A stretch of 64,000 nt of DNA, from the NCBI GenBank assembly GCA_036397015.1, contig DASWJT010000098.1, forward strand, positions 529 to 64,528, written 5' to 3'. The notes below the pieces were generated by a model. The model saw only the letters and a program-made list of their open reading frames with translations. It was not told the DNA's origin and did no database searches. This stretch comes from Thermoanaerobaculia bacterium. GTDB lineage: Bacteria > Acidobacteriota > Thermoanaerobaculia > Multivoradales > JAGPDF01. Below are positions 9,518 to 18,798 of this stretch, piece by piece (the stretch's first letter is position 1; each line of letters opens with the position of its first letter). The position numbers were made by a program, and so were the translations under genes.

Positions 9518-10984
9518 ATGGCGCTCGAACAGAAGCTCTCCCTCAAGCTCTCCCAGCGACTGGTGATGACGCCGTCGCTGCAGCAGGCGATCAAGCTCCT
9601 GCAGATGACGCGCATGGAGCTGGAGACCGTCGTCGCCCAGGAGCTCGAGGGAAATCCGGTGCTCGAGGAGCTCGAGGCCTCCGCGGACGAAGAAGAGGTT
9701 CAGGAGCCCGCGGCCGGCAACGGTGCCGAAGCCCCCGGCGAGCTGATGTCGCCGGCCGAGCGAGCGCAGGCGGAGGTGACGAGCTTCGAGCAGTGGATCT
9801 CCGAGGACTGGGGGGGCGACGGCGGGCAGGGGGAGTGGGAGGAGCGCGAGGCGCCCCCGATCGAGAATACGCTGACCCGCGAGCCGGACCTCTACGATCA
9901 CCTCCTGTCGCAGATCCATCTCTCCGATTTCGCCCCGCGCGAGCGCGAGATCGCCGAGGTCGTCGTCGGTAACCTGGATCCCGACGGATTCCTGGTCGCC
10001 TCGCTCGCGGAAATCCGCGAGGCGGGCAGCGGTGGGGGAGAGGAGAACGAATGGAGCGAGGAAGAGGTGCGCGAGGCGCTCGCCAAGGTGCGCCGGCTCG
10101 ATCCGCCGGGCATCGCCTGCTGCAACCTGCGGGAGAGTCTCCTCTTGCAGCTCGACTGCAAGGGAGAGCCGGAGGGCTCGCTCGTGCGCCGCGTGCTCGG
10201 CGAGCACTGGGACCTTTTCCTGCGCCGCCACTACCCGGCGATCGCCAAGTCGCTCGGCATCCCACTCGCCGACCTCGAGCCGGTCATCGAGAGCATCCGC
10301 TGCCTCGAGATCCGCCCCGGCCGCGCCTTCTCGAACGAGCGGACGCTCTACATCGAGCCGGACGTCTACGTCGTCAAGGTCGGTGACGACTACGTCGTGC
10401 AGATCAACGACGACGGCCTGCCGCGCCTGCGCGTCAGCCGCGCCTACCGGCGCATGCTGCAGAAGATGCGTGCCGAGAATCGCCAGGCCGAAGCGCAGTC
10501 GTTCCTCACCGACAAGATGCGCTCGGCGCTGTGGCTGATCAAGAGCCTCGACCAGCGGCAGCGCACGATCTACAAGGTCGCGGAGTCGATCGTCAAGCAG
10601 CAGCGCGACTTCCTCGACCGTGGCATCGACGAGCTGCGTCCGATGGTGCTGCGCGACGTCGCCGACGACATCGGCATGCACGAGTCGACGGTGTCGCGCG
10701 TCGTCTCCAACAAGTACATCCATACACCGCGCGGCCTGTTTCCGCTCAAGTTCTTCTTCCACAGCGGGATCGACCGCGATTACGGCGAGGACATCTCGTC
10801 GCTGACGGTGAAGAAGAAGATCCGCGTGCTGATCGAGAACGAGGACCATCGCCATCCGTTGTCGGACAACGAACTGATGCGGATCCTCAAGCGCGAGGGG
10901 ATCCAGATCGCGCGCCGCACGGTGGCGAAGTACCGCGACGAGCTCAACCTGTCTTCCTCGGCGGATCGCAAGCGGATCTTCTGA
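9518..10984 (+). CDS. rpoN: RNA polymerase sigma-54 factor (488 aa)
   Basis: Region I reads LKLSQRLVMTPSLQQAIKLLQ and the C-terminal RpoN box is ARRTVAKYR. Confidence 0.97.
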   Translation: MALEQKLSLKLSQRLVMTPSLQQAIKLLQMTRMELETVVAQELEGNPVLEELEASADEEEVQEPAAGNGAEAPGELMSPAERAQAEVTSFEQWISEDWGGDGGQGEWEEREAPPIENTLTREPDLYDHLLSQIHLSDFAPREREIAEVVVGNLDPDGFLVASLAEIREAGSGGGEENEWSEEEVREALAKVRRLDPPGIACCNLRESLLLQLDCKGEPEGSLVRRVLGEHWDLFLRRHYPAIAKSLGIPLADLEPVIESIRCLEIRPGRAFSNERTLYIEPDVYVVKVGDDYVVQINDDGLPRLRVSRAYRRMLQKMRAENRQAEAQSFLTDKMRSALWLIKSLDQRQRTIYKVAESIVKQQRDFLDRGIDELRPMVLRDVADDIGMHESTVSRVVSNKYIHTPRGLFPLKFFFHSGIDRDYGEDISSLTVKKKIRVLIENEDHRHPLSDNELMRILKREGIQIARRTVAKYRDELNLSSSADRKRIF

Positions 10985-11003
10985 GCGCCGGAGAGAGAAT
11001 CCC

Positions 11004-11564
11004 ATGCAGATCGAATTCGCCGCCCGTCACGTCGCTCTCGACGACCCGCTGCGCAGCCTGACGGAGGAGCGCCTGGGCCGCGCCGTCCGCTTTCTGCGCG
11101 AGCCGATCGAGGTGCGTGTCGCCCTCGACGGCACCGCTGGCGACAAGCGACTGGTAGGTGCGGAGGTCCACGTCGTTCACCGACACGGCGACTTGCACGC
11201 ACGCTGCGAGGATGTCGATCCGCGCGAAGCAATGACCAGGGCGCTGACCGCGATCGAAGTACAGGCCAAGCGGGCGCGCGAGCGCGCCGTCGACAAGCGC
11301 CGGCGCGCCAGCCGCGATGCCGCCAGCTCGCGGCAGTGGCCGGTGGACGTGCTGGCGCGCGAGAGCCTGCGCAGCGGCGGCACGCCGCGCATCGTGCGTT
11401 CCTCGAGATTCACCATCGAGCCGATGACGCTCAACCAGGCCGCGATGCGGCTCGATTCCTCGCGAAACGAGTTCGTGGTCTTCCTCGACGCCGAGCGCGA
11501 CAAGGTGAGCGTTCTCTACAAGCGCAAGGACGACGACTACGGATTGATCGCGCCCGAGGGCTGA
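11004..11564 (+). CDS. hpf: ribosome hibernation promoting factor, long form (186 aa)
   Basis: There is a sigma54-modulation/RaiA N-terminal domain plus the C-terminal dimerisation domain (VVFLDAERDKVSVLYKRKDDDYGLI). It lies immediately after rpoN. Confidence 0.9.
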   Translation: MQIEFAARHVALDDPLRSLTEERLGRAVRFLREPIEVRVALDGTAGDKRLVGAEVHVVHRHGDLHARCEDVDPREAMTRALTAIEVQAKRARERAVDKRRRASRDAASSRQWPVDVLARESLRSGGTPRIVRSSRFTIEPMTLNQAAMRLDSSRNEFVVFLDAERDKVSVLYKRKDDDYGLIAPEG

Positions 11565-11656
11565 GCGGTGGCGCGGATCGTCTCTTCGGGCGGGGGAATG
11601 GCGCGCGGCAGAGGCGGCGCAGCGCAGCGGCCGCGCGTGTCCGTAGCGAAGGCGGG

Positions 11657-12622
11657 ATGGCGATGAGCGGCGAGCCTGCGGTCGAGGTTCGTGAGCTGTT
11701 GGGCGAGGAGCTCTCCGATCTGCGCTTGGCCGTGATCAGCGGCAAGCAGCACCTCGACAACGCCATCTCGCATCCGCGCGTGCAGAAGCCTGGACTGGCC
11801 TTTGCCGGCTACTACGAATACATCAAGCCGGGCCGCGTGCAGATCGTTGGCGAGAGCGAGCTGGCCTATCTCGATACCGTCGCGCCGGACGAGCGGCGGC
11901 TGCGCTTTCGACACATCGCGGCGCTGCCGATTCCGGTGATCGTGGTGACCAAGGGTCTGACGCCGCCGGAAGACCTGCTCGAGGAGTGCCGTCGTCGCGA
12001 AGTCCCCGTGCTGTCGAGCACTGCCCTGTCGTCCGAGGTCATCAAGCGCATCGGCTTCTTCCTCGAGGACCATCTCGTGCCCTCGACGCGGGTGCACGGC
12101 ACGCTGCTCGAGATCTACGGCATCGGCGTCCTGCTGCTCGGGGCGAGCGGTGTCGGCAAGAGCGAGGCCGCCCTCGACTTGGTGACGCGTGGCCACAGCC
12201 TGGTGGCCGACGACCGTGTCACCGTCAAGCGCTATCCGAGCGGGGAGCTCCTCGGTTTCTCCGAGGCGACGATCAAGCACCACATGGAGCTGCGCGGCCT
12301 CGGCATCGTCAACGTCAAGGATCTGTTCGGCCTAGCGGCAGTCCGCGAGCGCAAGCCGATCGATCTGGTGGTCGAGCTCGAGGCCTGGCAGGAGGGCAAG
12401 GAGTACGAGCGGCTCGGCCTCGACGAGACCGTCTACTCCATCCTCGACACGCCGTGCCCGTATATCCGCATGCCGGTCGCGCCGGGCCGCAACGTCGCCG
12501 TGCTGGTCGAGATCGGCGCCCGCAACCACGTCTTGAAGCTGCAGGGCACGCATTCGGCGCGCGATTTCGCCCGCAAGCTGGAGGAGCAGCTTGAACGCAA
12601 CCGGCAAGGCCGCGCGCGCTAG
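11657..12622 (+). CDS. hprK: HPr kinase/phosphorylase (321 aa)
   Basis: The P-loop is GASGVGKSE and the HprK signature region is LVADDRV...GLG. ATG 11657 is taken as the start because the upstream part of the long ORF is Arg/Ala-rich out-of-context sequence. Confidence 0.9.
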   Translation: MAMSGEPAVEVRELLGEELSDLRLAVISGKQHLDNAISHPRVQKPGLAFAGYYEYIKPGRVQIVGESELAYLDTVAPDERRLRFRHIAALPIPVIVVTKGLTPPEDLLEECRRREVPVLSSTALSSEVIKRIGFFLEDHLVPSTRVHGTLLEIYGIGVLLLGASGVGKSEAALDLVTRGHSLVADDRVTVKRYPSGELLGFSEATIKHHMELRGLGIVNVKDLFGLAAVRERKPIDLVVELEAWQEGKEYERLGLDETVYSILDTPCPYIRMPVAPGRNVAVLVEIGARNHVLKLQGTHSARDFARKLEEQLERNRQGRAR

Positions 12623-13484
12623 GCTGGTCCTCGTCACCGGGCTGGCGGGCTCCGGCAAGACGACGGTCGCCAACTGCCTCGAGGATCTCGGCTACTTCGT
12701 GGCCGACAACCTGCCGCTGGCGCTGCTCGAGCAGTTCCTCGCCGACCCGGTCGCCCACGCCGGCGGTCGCGAGCGCATCGCGGTGGTCGCCGACCTGCGC
12801 TGCGGCGCTTTCGACCGCGAAGGCCCGCGGCTGTGGCGAGGCCTCGATCGCCGTCGCCTGGCGCCGACAATGGTGTTCCTCGAATCGTCGAACGAGGCGC
12901 TGGTCCGACGCTACTCGGAGAGCCGCCGCCCGCATCCGCTCGGCGCCGAGGTGCCGGTCGGCACGGCCGTCGATCGCGAGCGCGAAATGCTCGCCGACCT
13001 GCGCGGCATGGCCGACGTCGTGCTCGATACCAGCGACTTCTCGGCGCACGAGATGCGCAGCCTCGTCTACCGCGAATTCGGCCGCGAGGCAGGGCACGAG
13101 CCGGAGATGACCGTGTCGGTGGTCAGCTTCGGATTCAAGCACGGCCCGCCGCACGGCGCCGACCTCGTCTTCGACGTCCGCTTCCTGGCCAACCCGCACT
13201 ACGTGGACGAGCTGCGCGAGCGAACGGGGCTCGAGGCTCCCGTCATCGAGTACCTCGCGGCGCAGGCCGATTTCGGCGAGCTCGTGCGCCGCCTGGAGGA
13301 GATGGTCGCCTTCCTGCTCCCGCGCTACCGGCAGGAGAATCGCTCCTACGTCACGCTCGCCATCGGCTGCACCGGCGGCCGGCACCGGTCGGTCGTGGTC
13401 GCCGAGCGCCTCGCCGCGGGCCTGCGCCAGCGCGGTTGGGAGGTGGGGGTGCGGCACCGCGAGCTGGAGCGCCGTCCGACGTGA
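12591..13484 (+). CDS. rapZ: RNase adapter / nucleotide-binding protein RapZ (YvcJ family; ~297 aa, start uncertain)
   Basis: Walker A is GLAGSGKTT and the conserved C-terminal motif is IGCTGGRHRSV. The TTG start overlaps the end of hprK. Confidence 0.9.
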   Translation: MNATGKAARARLVLVTGLAGSGKTTVANCLEDLGYFVADNLPLALLEQFLADPVAHAGGRERIAVVADLRCGAFDREGPRLWRGLDRRRLAPTMVFLESSNEALVRRYSESRRPHPLGAEVPVGTAVDREREMLADLRGMADVVLDTSDFSAHEMRSLVYREFGREAGHEPEMTVSVVSFGFKHGPPHGADLVFDVRFLANPHYVDELRERTGLEAPVIEYLAAQADFGELVRRLEEMVAFLLPRYRQENRSYVTLAIGCTGGRHRSVVVAERLAAGLRQRGWEVGVRHRELERRPT

Positions 13485-13912
13485 TCGGCGTCCTCGTCGT
13501 CACGCACGGCCGGCTGGCGGAGGAGCTGCTCGCCGCCGCCGAGCACATCACCGGGCGGCTCGAGCGATTTCGCGCCCTGGCTCTCGATTGGAGCGAGGGT
13601 CTCGAAGCGGCGAACGAGAAGATCCGCGCCGAGATCGGCGCCCTCGACGACGGCGACGGCGTGCTGCTGCTCACCGACATGTTCGGCGACACACCCTCGA
13701 ACGCGGCCCTCGCCTGCTGCGAGGAGGGTCGAGTCGAGATCGTCTCGGGGGTCAATCTGCCGATGATGGTGCGCCTCGCCTGCACTCGCCAGGGCTCGGC
13801 GACCCTGCCCGAGGTGGCGCGCTGGCTCGAGATCAAGGGTCGGCAGAGCATCCGGCGCGTCTCGGGCGGCGAGCGAGGTCCGCAGGCGGTGGGGGAGCCG
13901 AGTGGTGACTGA
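13481..13912 (+). CDS. PTS EIIA component, mannose/fructose (EIIA-Man) family (143 aa)
   Basis: The N-terminus IGVLVVTHGRLAEEL carries the phosphorylatable His, followed by LLLTDMFGDTPSN. It joins rapZ through a GTGA overlap. Confidence 0.85.
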   Translation: MIGVLVVTHGRLAEELLAAAEHITGRLERFRALALDWSEGLEAANEKIRAEIGALDDGDGVLLLTDMFGDTPSNAALACCEEGRVEIVSGVNLPMMVRLACTRQGSATLPEVARWLEIKGRQSIRRVSGGERGPQAVGEPSGD

Positions 13913-14177
13913 GACGCCGCTCGAGGTGGTCAATCGGCTCGGGCTGCACGCTCGCGCCGCAGCCAAGCTGGTCCAGCTCGCCGCCGGTTTCGAGAGCCGA
14001 GTGACGCTGCTCTCCGTCGACGGCGAGGAGATCGACGCCAAGAGCATCCTCGGCATCCTGCTGCTGGCGGCGGGACAGGGGACGCGATTGACCCTGCGTT
14101 GCGACGGCCCGGACGAGGAGCGCGCCGGCGCCGCCATCGGCGCCCTGTTCGCCGAGCGCTTCGGCGAGGGAGAATGA
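13902..14177 (+). CDS. ptsH: phosphocarrier protein HPr (91 aa)
   Basis: The His-15 region is NRLGLHARAAAKL and the Ser-46 region is IDAKSILGILLL, so both phosphorylation sites are present. Confidence 0.93.
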   Translation: MVTETPLEVVNRLGLHARAAAKLVQLAAGFESRVTLLSVDGEEIDAKSILGILLLAAGQGTRLTLRCDGPDEERAGAAIGALFAERFGEGE

Positions 14178-14181
14178 GGCC

Positions 14182-15948
14182 GTGAGCAACCGCGGGCCAG
14201 CCGTCACGTTGACCGGCATCGGTGTCTCGGAAGGCATCGCGATCGGTCGCGCGGTCGTGCTCGCGCGCCGCGACGTCGAGGTCTTCCGCATCCCGATCGC
14301 AGAGGAGGGCATCGCCGGCGAGCTGGCGCGCCTGCGCAGCGCGCGGGAGGAGACCCTGCGCGAGATCGAGCGCAACCGGGGCAGGGCGGGCAGTCTCTAC
14401 GGCGAGGAGCTGTCGACGATCTTCGAGGCGCATGCGCTGCTTCTCGCCGACACCACCTTCCTCGACGAGATCGAGCGCCGCATCGCCCGCGATCGCGTCA
14501 ACGCCGAGTGGGCGGTCCACGAAGTGGCGGTCGACCTCATGCGCCGCTTCGCGGCCATCGACGACGACTACTTGCGGGAGCGCGGTCAGGACCTCGAGGA
14601 CGTCTCGCGCGAGCTCCTGCGCAAGCTGCAGGGGATCTCCCACCACGAGGTGAGCGAGATCGCGGGCGATGTCGTGCTGGTGGCCTACGACGTCGTGCCT
14701 TCGGAGGCCATCCGGCTGGCGCGCGCCAACGTCGTCGGGTTCGTCACCGAGGCGGGTTCGCGCGCCTCGCACACCTCGATCATCGCCCGCTCGCTGGGGG
14801 TCCCCGCCGTCGCGGCGGTCGTCGGCGCCACCGACGCCATCACCGACGAGGATCCAGTGGTCGTCGACGGCAAAACCGGCGAGGTCGTGCTGCATCCGAC
14901 CGCGGAGATCCTCGCCAGTTACGAGCGGGTGCGCAGCGGGCTGCGACGCATCAAGGCGCAGCCGGAGGCGGGCGCGCGGCTGGGCGAGCCGGCGCGCACG
15001 CGCGACGGGGTCGAGATCGAGCTGCTCGCCAACATCGACCTCCCCGAGGAGCTGACGCTCTACGCGGGCAGCGGCGGGCGCGGCATCGGTCTCTATCGCA
15101 GCGAGTTCCTCTACATGGAAACCGATCCGCGACTGCCGACCGAGGAGGATCACTTTCGCATGTACCGGCGGTTGCTGGACGCGGCGGCGCCCCATCCGGC
15201 GACGATTCGTACCTACGATCTCGGCGGGCGCAAGCTGGCGCGCGAGATGATGGAGAGTCTCGAGGACAATCCGGTGCTCGGCCTGCGCGGTATCCGTCTG
15301 ACGCTGGCGCGGCCGCAGATCTTCCACACCCAATTGCGTGGGCTGCTGCGCGCGGGGGCCGGACGCGACCTCTGGATCATGGCCCCGATGGTGAGCCGGA
15401 TGGAGGAGGTGCGTGCGCTGCGCGCGGCACTGGCGGGCGTGGCCGAAGCGCTCGCCGGCGAAGGGGTGCCGCACGCCCAGGACTGTAAGGTGGGGATCAT
15501 GATCGAAGTTCCGGCGGCGGCGATCGCCGCCGACCTGCTCGCCCGCGAGGTCGATTTCTTCGCCATCGGCACCAACGACCTCATCCAGTACTCGCTGGCC
15601 GTCGATCGCAACAATCAGCACGTCGCCGAGCTCTACGAGCCGCTGCACCCGGCGATTCTCCGCATGCTACGCTCGGTCGCGATCGAGGGTCGCAAGGCGG
15701 GGATCCCGGTCAGCCTGTGTGGGGAGATGGGGGGAGATGCGCGCTTGACTCCGCTGCTCGTCGGCCTGGGTCTGCGCCGACTTTCCGCGCATCCGCGCTC
15801 GCTGCCGCGTCTGCGTCGCGTCATCGCCGAGCTGGACGCCGAACGTCTCGTCGAGCTCGCGGATCGCTGCTGCGACCTCGCCACCGCCGGCGACGTCGAG
15901 TCTCTGCTGCGCAGCGAAGAGGAGCCGTCGCAGGTGCTGAGCGTCTGA
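14182..15948 (+). CDS. ptsI: phosphoenolpyruvate-protein phosphotransferase, Enzyme I (588 aa)
   Basis: The phospho-His motif is GSRASHTSIIARSLGVP. The PEP-utiliser TIM barrel is marked by GLYRSEFLY and FFAIGTNDLIQY. Confidence 0.95.
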   Translation: MSNRGPAVTLTGIGVSEGIAIGRAVVLARRDVEVFRIPIAEEGIAGELARLRSAREETLREIERNRGRAGSLYGEELSTIFEAHALLLADTTFLDEIERRIARDRVNAEWAVHEVAVDLMRRFAAIDDDYLRERGQDLEDVSRELLRKLQGISHHEVSEIAGDVVLVAYDVVPSEAIRLARANVVGFVTEAGSRASHTSIIARSLGVPAVAAVVGATDAITDEDPVVVDGKTGEVVLHPTAEILASYERVRSGLRRIKAQPEAGARLGEPARTRDGVEIELLANIDLPEELTLYAGSGGRGIGLYRSEFLYMETDPRLPTEEDHFRMYRRLLDAAAPHPATIRTYDLGGRKLAREMMESLEDNPVLGLRGIRLTLARPQIFHTQLRGLLRAGAGRDLWIMAPMVSRMEEVRALRAALAGVAEALAGEGVPHAQDCKVGIMIEVPAAAIAADLLAREVDFFAIGTNDLIQYSLAVDRNNQHVAELYEPLHPAILRMLRSVAIEGRKAGIPVSLCGEMGGDARLTPLLVGLGLRRLSAHPRSLPRLRRVIAELDAERLVELADRCCDLATAGDVESLLRSEEEPSQVLSV

Positions 15949-15962
15949 GGAGAGATCGAAGG

Positions 15963-16316
15963 ATGCAGTTTCCGGTTCGCCGCGTCGACAAGCCCTGGGG
16001 CTACGAGCTCGTCTTCGCCGTCACCGACCGTTACGTCGGCAAGGTGCTGCACATCGAGGCCGGACAGGCGCTCTCGCTGCAGTACCACGAACGCAAGGAC
16101 GAGACTTTCTTCGTCACCCGGGGCGAGATCGACCTGACGGTGGAGGAGAACGGAACGCTCGTCGAGCACCGATTGCGCGTCGGCGATTCGTACCACGTCG
16201 TGCCGCCGACGCGGCACCGCATGACCGCCGGCGCCGCGGGCTGCGAGCTCTTCGAGGTCTCGACCCCCGAGCTCGCCGACGTCGTGCGCCTGGAGGACCG
16301 CTATGGCCGCGCCTGA
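15963..16316 (+). CDS. cupin-domain protein, mannose-6-phosphate-isomerase type II C-terminal-like (117 aa)
   Basis: The cupin motifs are KPWGYE...LSLQYHERKDETFFV...G...VPPTRHR. Confidence 0.75.
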   Translation: MQFPVRRVDKPWGYELVFAVTDRYVGKVLHIEAGQALSLQYHERKDETFFVTRGEIDLTVEENGTLVEHRLRVGDSYHVVPPTRHRMTAGAAGCELFEVSTPELADVVRLEDRYGRA

Positions 16317-17145
16317 TCGCGCGGCGCGAGCCGCTTGGGCGCGCCGACTCCTGGTCGGCCTGGCCATCGCCGCGGCCGCCTGCGCCACGGCGCCCAAGAA
16401 GGCCGGCGAGGGCGCGCCGCTGCCGCCGCAGATGGTCGTGCCGCCGTCGCCGGCGGAGCCCGCGGCGCCCCCTGCCGAGGCGCCCGACGACGAGCGCGCC
16501 GACGGCACGCCCCAGGGACCTTCCGCCGCCGAGCCGACGCTGATCGTGATCGATCCGGTGGCGCCCGAGGAGCTGCGGGCGCCGAGCTTGGCGCAGGCCG
16601 CGGCGCGGGAGCGCGCGCGCCGCCAGGCCGAGCCCGGGCCGGTGCTCGTCGTCACCGATCAGAATCTCGCGCAGCATGCGGCGGGGGGCGTTCTCACCAT
16701 CGCCCATTCGACACCGGAAGAAGAGGCGCAGATCGCGGCCGAGGCGGAGAACAGCGCCGAGCGCGAGAGCGATTGGCGCGAGCGCGGCCTCGAGATCCGC
16801 AAGCGCTGGCGCGAGGCGGTGGATCTCATCCCCGAGCTCGAGTCCAAGGTCGCGGAGCTGCGCCAGCAGTTCTACTCGACCGACGACCCCGCGATCCGCG
16901 ACGGCCGCATCAAGCCGGAGTGGGACAAGGCGATCGCCGACCTCGAGCAGGCGCGATTCCGCGCCGAGCGCGGGAGCGAGGAGGTCGCAGCGTTCCTCGA
17001 CGAGGGCCGGCGCGCCGGCGCGCTACCCGGATGGCTGCGCGAGGGGGCCGAGCTGGAGCCCGAGCCGGTGGTCGAGCAGGTCGAGGGCTTCGCCGACCAC
17101 GAGCCGCGCGAGCCCGAGATCTACGAGCCGCCGCCGTTGCGATGA
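16303..17145 (+). CDS. hypothetical lipoprotein, Pro/Ala/Glu-rich with a coiled-coil C-terminal half (280 aa)
   Basis: The signal peptide ends in a lipobox-like LAIAAAAC. Third codon positions are GC-rich. No recognisable domain was found. Confidence 0.6.
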   Translation: MAAPDRAARAAWARRLLVGLAIAAAACATAPKKAGEGAPLPPQMVVPPSPAEPAAPPAEAPDDERADGTPQGPSAAEPTLIVIDPVAPEELRAPSLAQAAARERARRQAEPGPVLVVTDQNLAQHAAGGVLTIAHSTPEEEAQIAAEAENSAERESDWRERGLEIRKRWREAVDLIPELESKVAELRQQFYSTDDPAIRDGRIKPEWDKAIADLEQARFRAERGSEEVAAFLDEGRRAGALPGWLREGAELEPEPVVEQVEGFADHEPREPEIYEPPPLR

Positions 17146-18635
17146 CGACGCGGGACGGGCCGCGCGCGCCCGCCTCCGGCCGGCGTTTCTTCGTCGAGAC
17201 CTGGGGCTGCCAGATGAACGAGCTCGACAGCCAGCGCATGGCCGGCCAGCTCATGGCGCAAGGCATGCTGCCGGCGGGCGAGGCCGCCGCGGCCGACCTC
17301 ATCCTCCTCAACTCCTGCAGCGTGCGCGAGAAGGCGGTGCACAAAGTCTATTCGCGGCTGGGGGAGTATCGGCGACTCAAGCAGGAGCGGCCCGATCTCC
17401 GCATCGGCCTCTGCGGCTGCGTCGCTCAGCAGGAGGGCGAGCGGGCACTGGCGCGCGTCGCCGACCTCGACTTCGTGCTCGGTCCGGCGCGGGTGGGGGA
17501 GCTGGCGGAGCTGCTGCCGCGCCTGGCCGGCGGCGAGCGGGTCGTCGCCACCGGTTTTCCGGAGGATCGCGTCTACGAGCTCGACGACGTCGCCCGCTTC
17601 GGCGAGTTCAAGGGCATGGTGACGGCGATCGAGGGTTGCGACCAACGCTGCACGTTTTGCATCGTGCCGTCCACCCGCGGACCCGAGCGCTGCCGACCGA
17701 TGGCGCAGATCGTCGCCGAGGTGGAGCACCTGCTGGCGCTCGGCTTCGTCGAGATCGAGCTCCTCGGCCAGACCGTGAACCACTGGCGGGAGCCGGGCGG
17801 GGAGGCCGACTTCGCCGACCTGCTCGATGCCGTGGCGCCCCTGGAGGGACTCCGCCGGCTGCGCTTCGTCACTTCGTATCCGCGCGACTTCACGGTGCGC
17901 ATGGTCGAGCGCTTCGCGCGCCACGAGAACATCTGCGACTACTTTCATCTCCCGGTACAGTCGGGGAGCGATGCTGTCCTGCGCCGCATGGGCCGCGGCT
18001 ATACCGTCGCTTCCTATCTCGACCTGGTCGACACCGTGCGCCGGGCGCGCCACTCGATCGCTCTCTCGACGGACCTCATCGTCGGCTTTCCGGGCGAGCG
18101 CGAAGAGGACTTCGAGCGCACGCTCGAGCTCCTCGAGCAAGTTCGTTTCGCGGCACTGTTCGCCTTCTGCTTCTCGCCCCGGCCGGGGACGGCGGCAACC
18201 CGGCTCGACGGACAGGTCCCCGGCCCGGTCGCCGAGGAGCGCCTGCAGCGCCTCCTTGCGGCGCAGGCGCGCATCCAGGCGGAGATCAACGAGAGCCTCG
18301 TCGGGCGCGAGCTCGACGTGCTCGTGACGGGGACGGGCAAGGGACCCGACAGCCTCGTCGGCCGGACCGGGTGCAACCGTATCGTCCATCTCGACCTCGG
18401 AACGGACGGCGGAGATAGCGGCCGAAAGATTCAGCCAGTGGTCCGTGGTCGGATCGTTCGGGCCCAGGTCACGCGCGCGATGCCGCATAGCCTGCGCGGC
18501 CGTCTCGTCGCGCCGCCCGACTTCGAGGCGAACGAGCCCCGAAGGGTCGGCCTCGCCGGGTCGGCGAGCAGCCGAGCAAGCCGTTCCGATCGAAACCGGT
18601 CGACGGGTCAGCGCCTTTTCCCGATCGTGGAGTGA
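17142..18635 (+). CDS. miaB: tRNA-i6A37 methylthiotransferase MiaB (497 aa)
   Basis: The N-terminal cluster motif is ETWGCQMN, the radical-SAM motif is CDQRCTFC, and a TRAM-like C-terminus is present. It joins the upstream gene through an ATGA overlap. A ~45-aa low-complexity C-terminal tail is present. Confidence 0.93.
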   Translation: MTTRDGPRAPASGRRFFVETWGCQMNELDSQRMAGQLMAQGMLPAGEAAAADLILLNSCSVREKAVHKVYSRLGEYRRLKQERPDLRIGLCGCVAQQEGERALARVADLDFVLGPARVGELAELLPRLAGGERVVATGFPEDRVYELDDVARFGEFKGMVTAIEGCDQRCTFCIVPSTRGPERCRPMAQIVAEVEHLLALGFVEIELLGQTVNHWREPGGEADFADLLDAVAPLEGLRRLRFVTSYPRDFTVRMVERFARHENICDYFHLPVQSGSDAVLRRMGRGYTVASYLDLVDTVRRARHSIALSTDLIVGFPGEREEDFERTLELLEQVRFAALFAFCFSPRPGTAATRLDGQVPGPVAEERLQRLLAAQARIQAEINESLVGRELDVLVTGTGKGPDSLVGRTGCNRIVHLDLGTDGGDSGRKIQPVVRGRIVRAQVTRAMPHSLRGRLVAPPDFEANEPRRVGLAGSASSRASRSDRNRSTGQRLFPIVE

Positions 18636-18700
18636 AGCTTTAGCTGGGCCCCGGGGGGGCGGAAACGCCTGTCTGGACGAACGTCCCGATCTCGTTTCTA

Positions 18701-18728
18701 ACGTCCGATAAGAAAGATTATGTTAAGT
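18701..18728 (+). other. dif: candidate dif site (XerC/XerD chromosome dimer resolution): ACGTCCGATAA-GAAAGA-TTATGTTAAGT
   Basis: The right arm matches the E. coli XerD arm TTATGTTAAAT at 10/11 and the B. subtilis arm TTATGTAAACT at 9/11. The left arm matches the B. subtilis XerC arm ACTTCCTAGAA at 8/11 and keeps the inner ATAA. The 11-6-11 geometry is correct. It is an AT-rich island in the convergent miaB/parB gap, where gene orientation flips. Confidence 0.6.
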
Positions 18729-18741
18729 ATGCATCTGGAGC

Positions 18742-18758
18742 CCGCCCAGCACGGGCGG
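18742..18758. terminator. short GC hairpin between dif-like site and parB stop (possible parB/miaB terminator)
   Basis: CCGCCC-agcac-GGGCGG lies in a convergent intergenic gap. On the minus strand it is followed by the AT-rich tract. Confidence 0.35.
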
Positions 18759-18798
18759 CCTTCGCTCACCCTCTTGACACGCTCCGTGTTGGAGGTCC

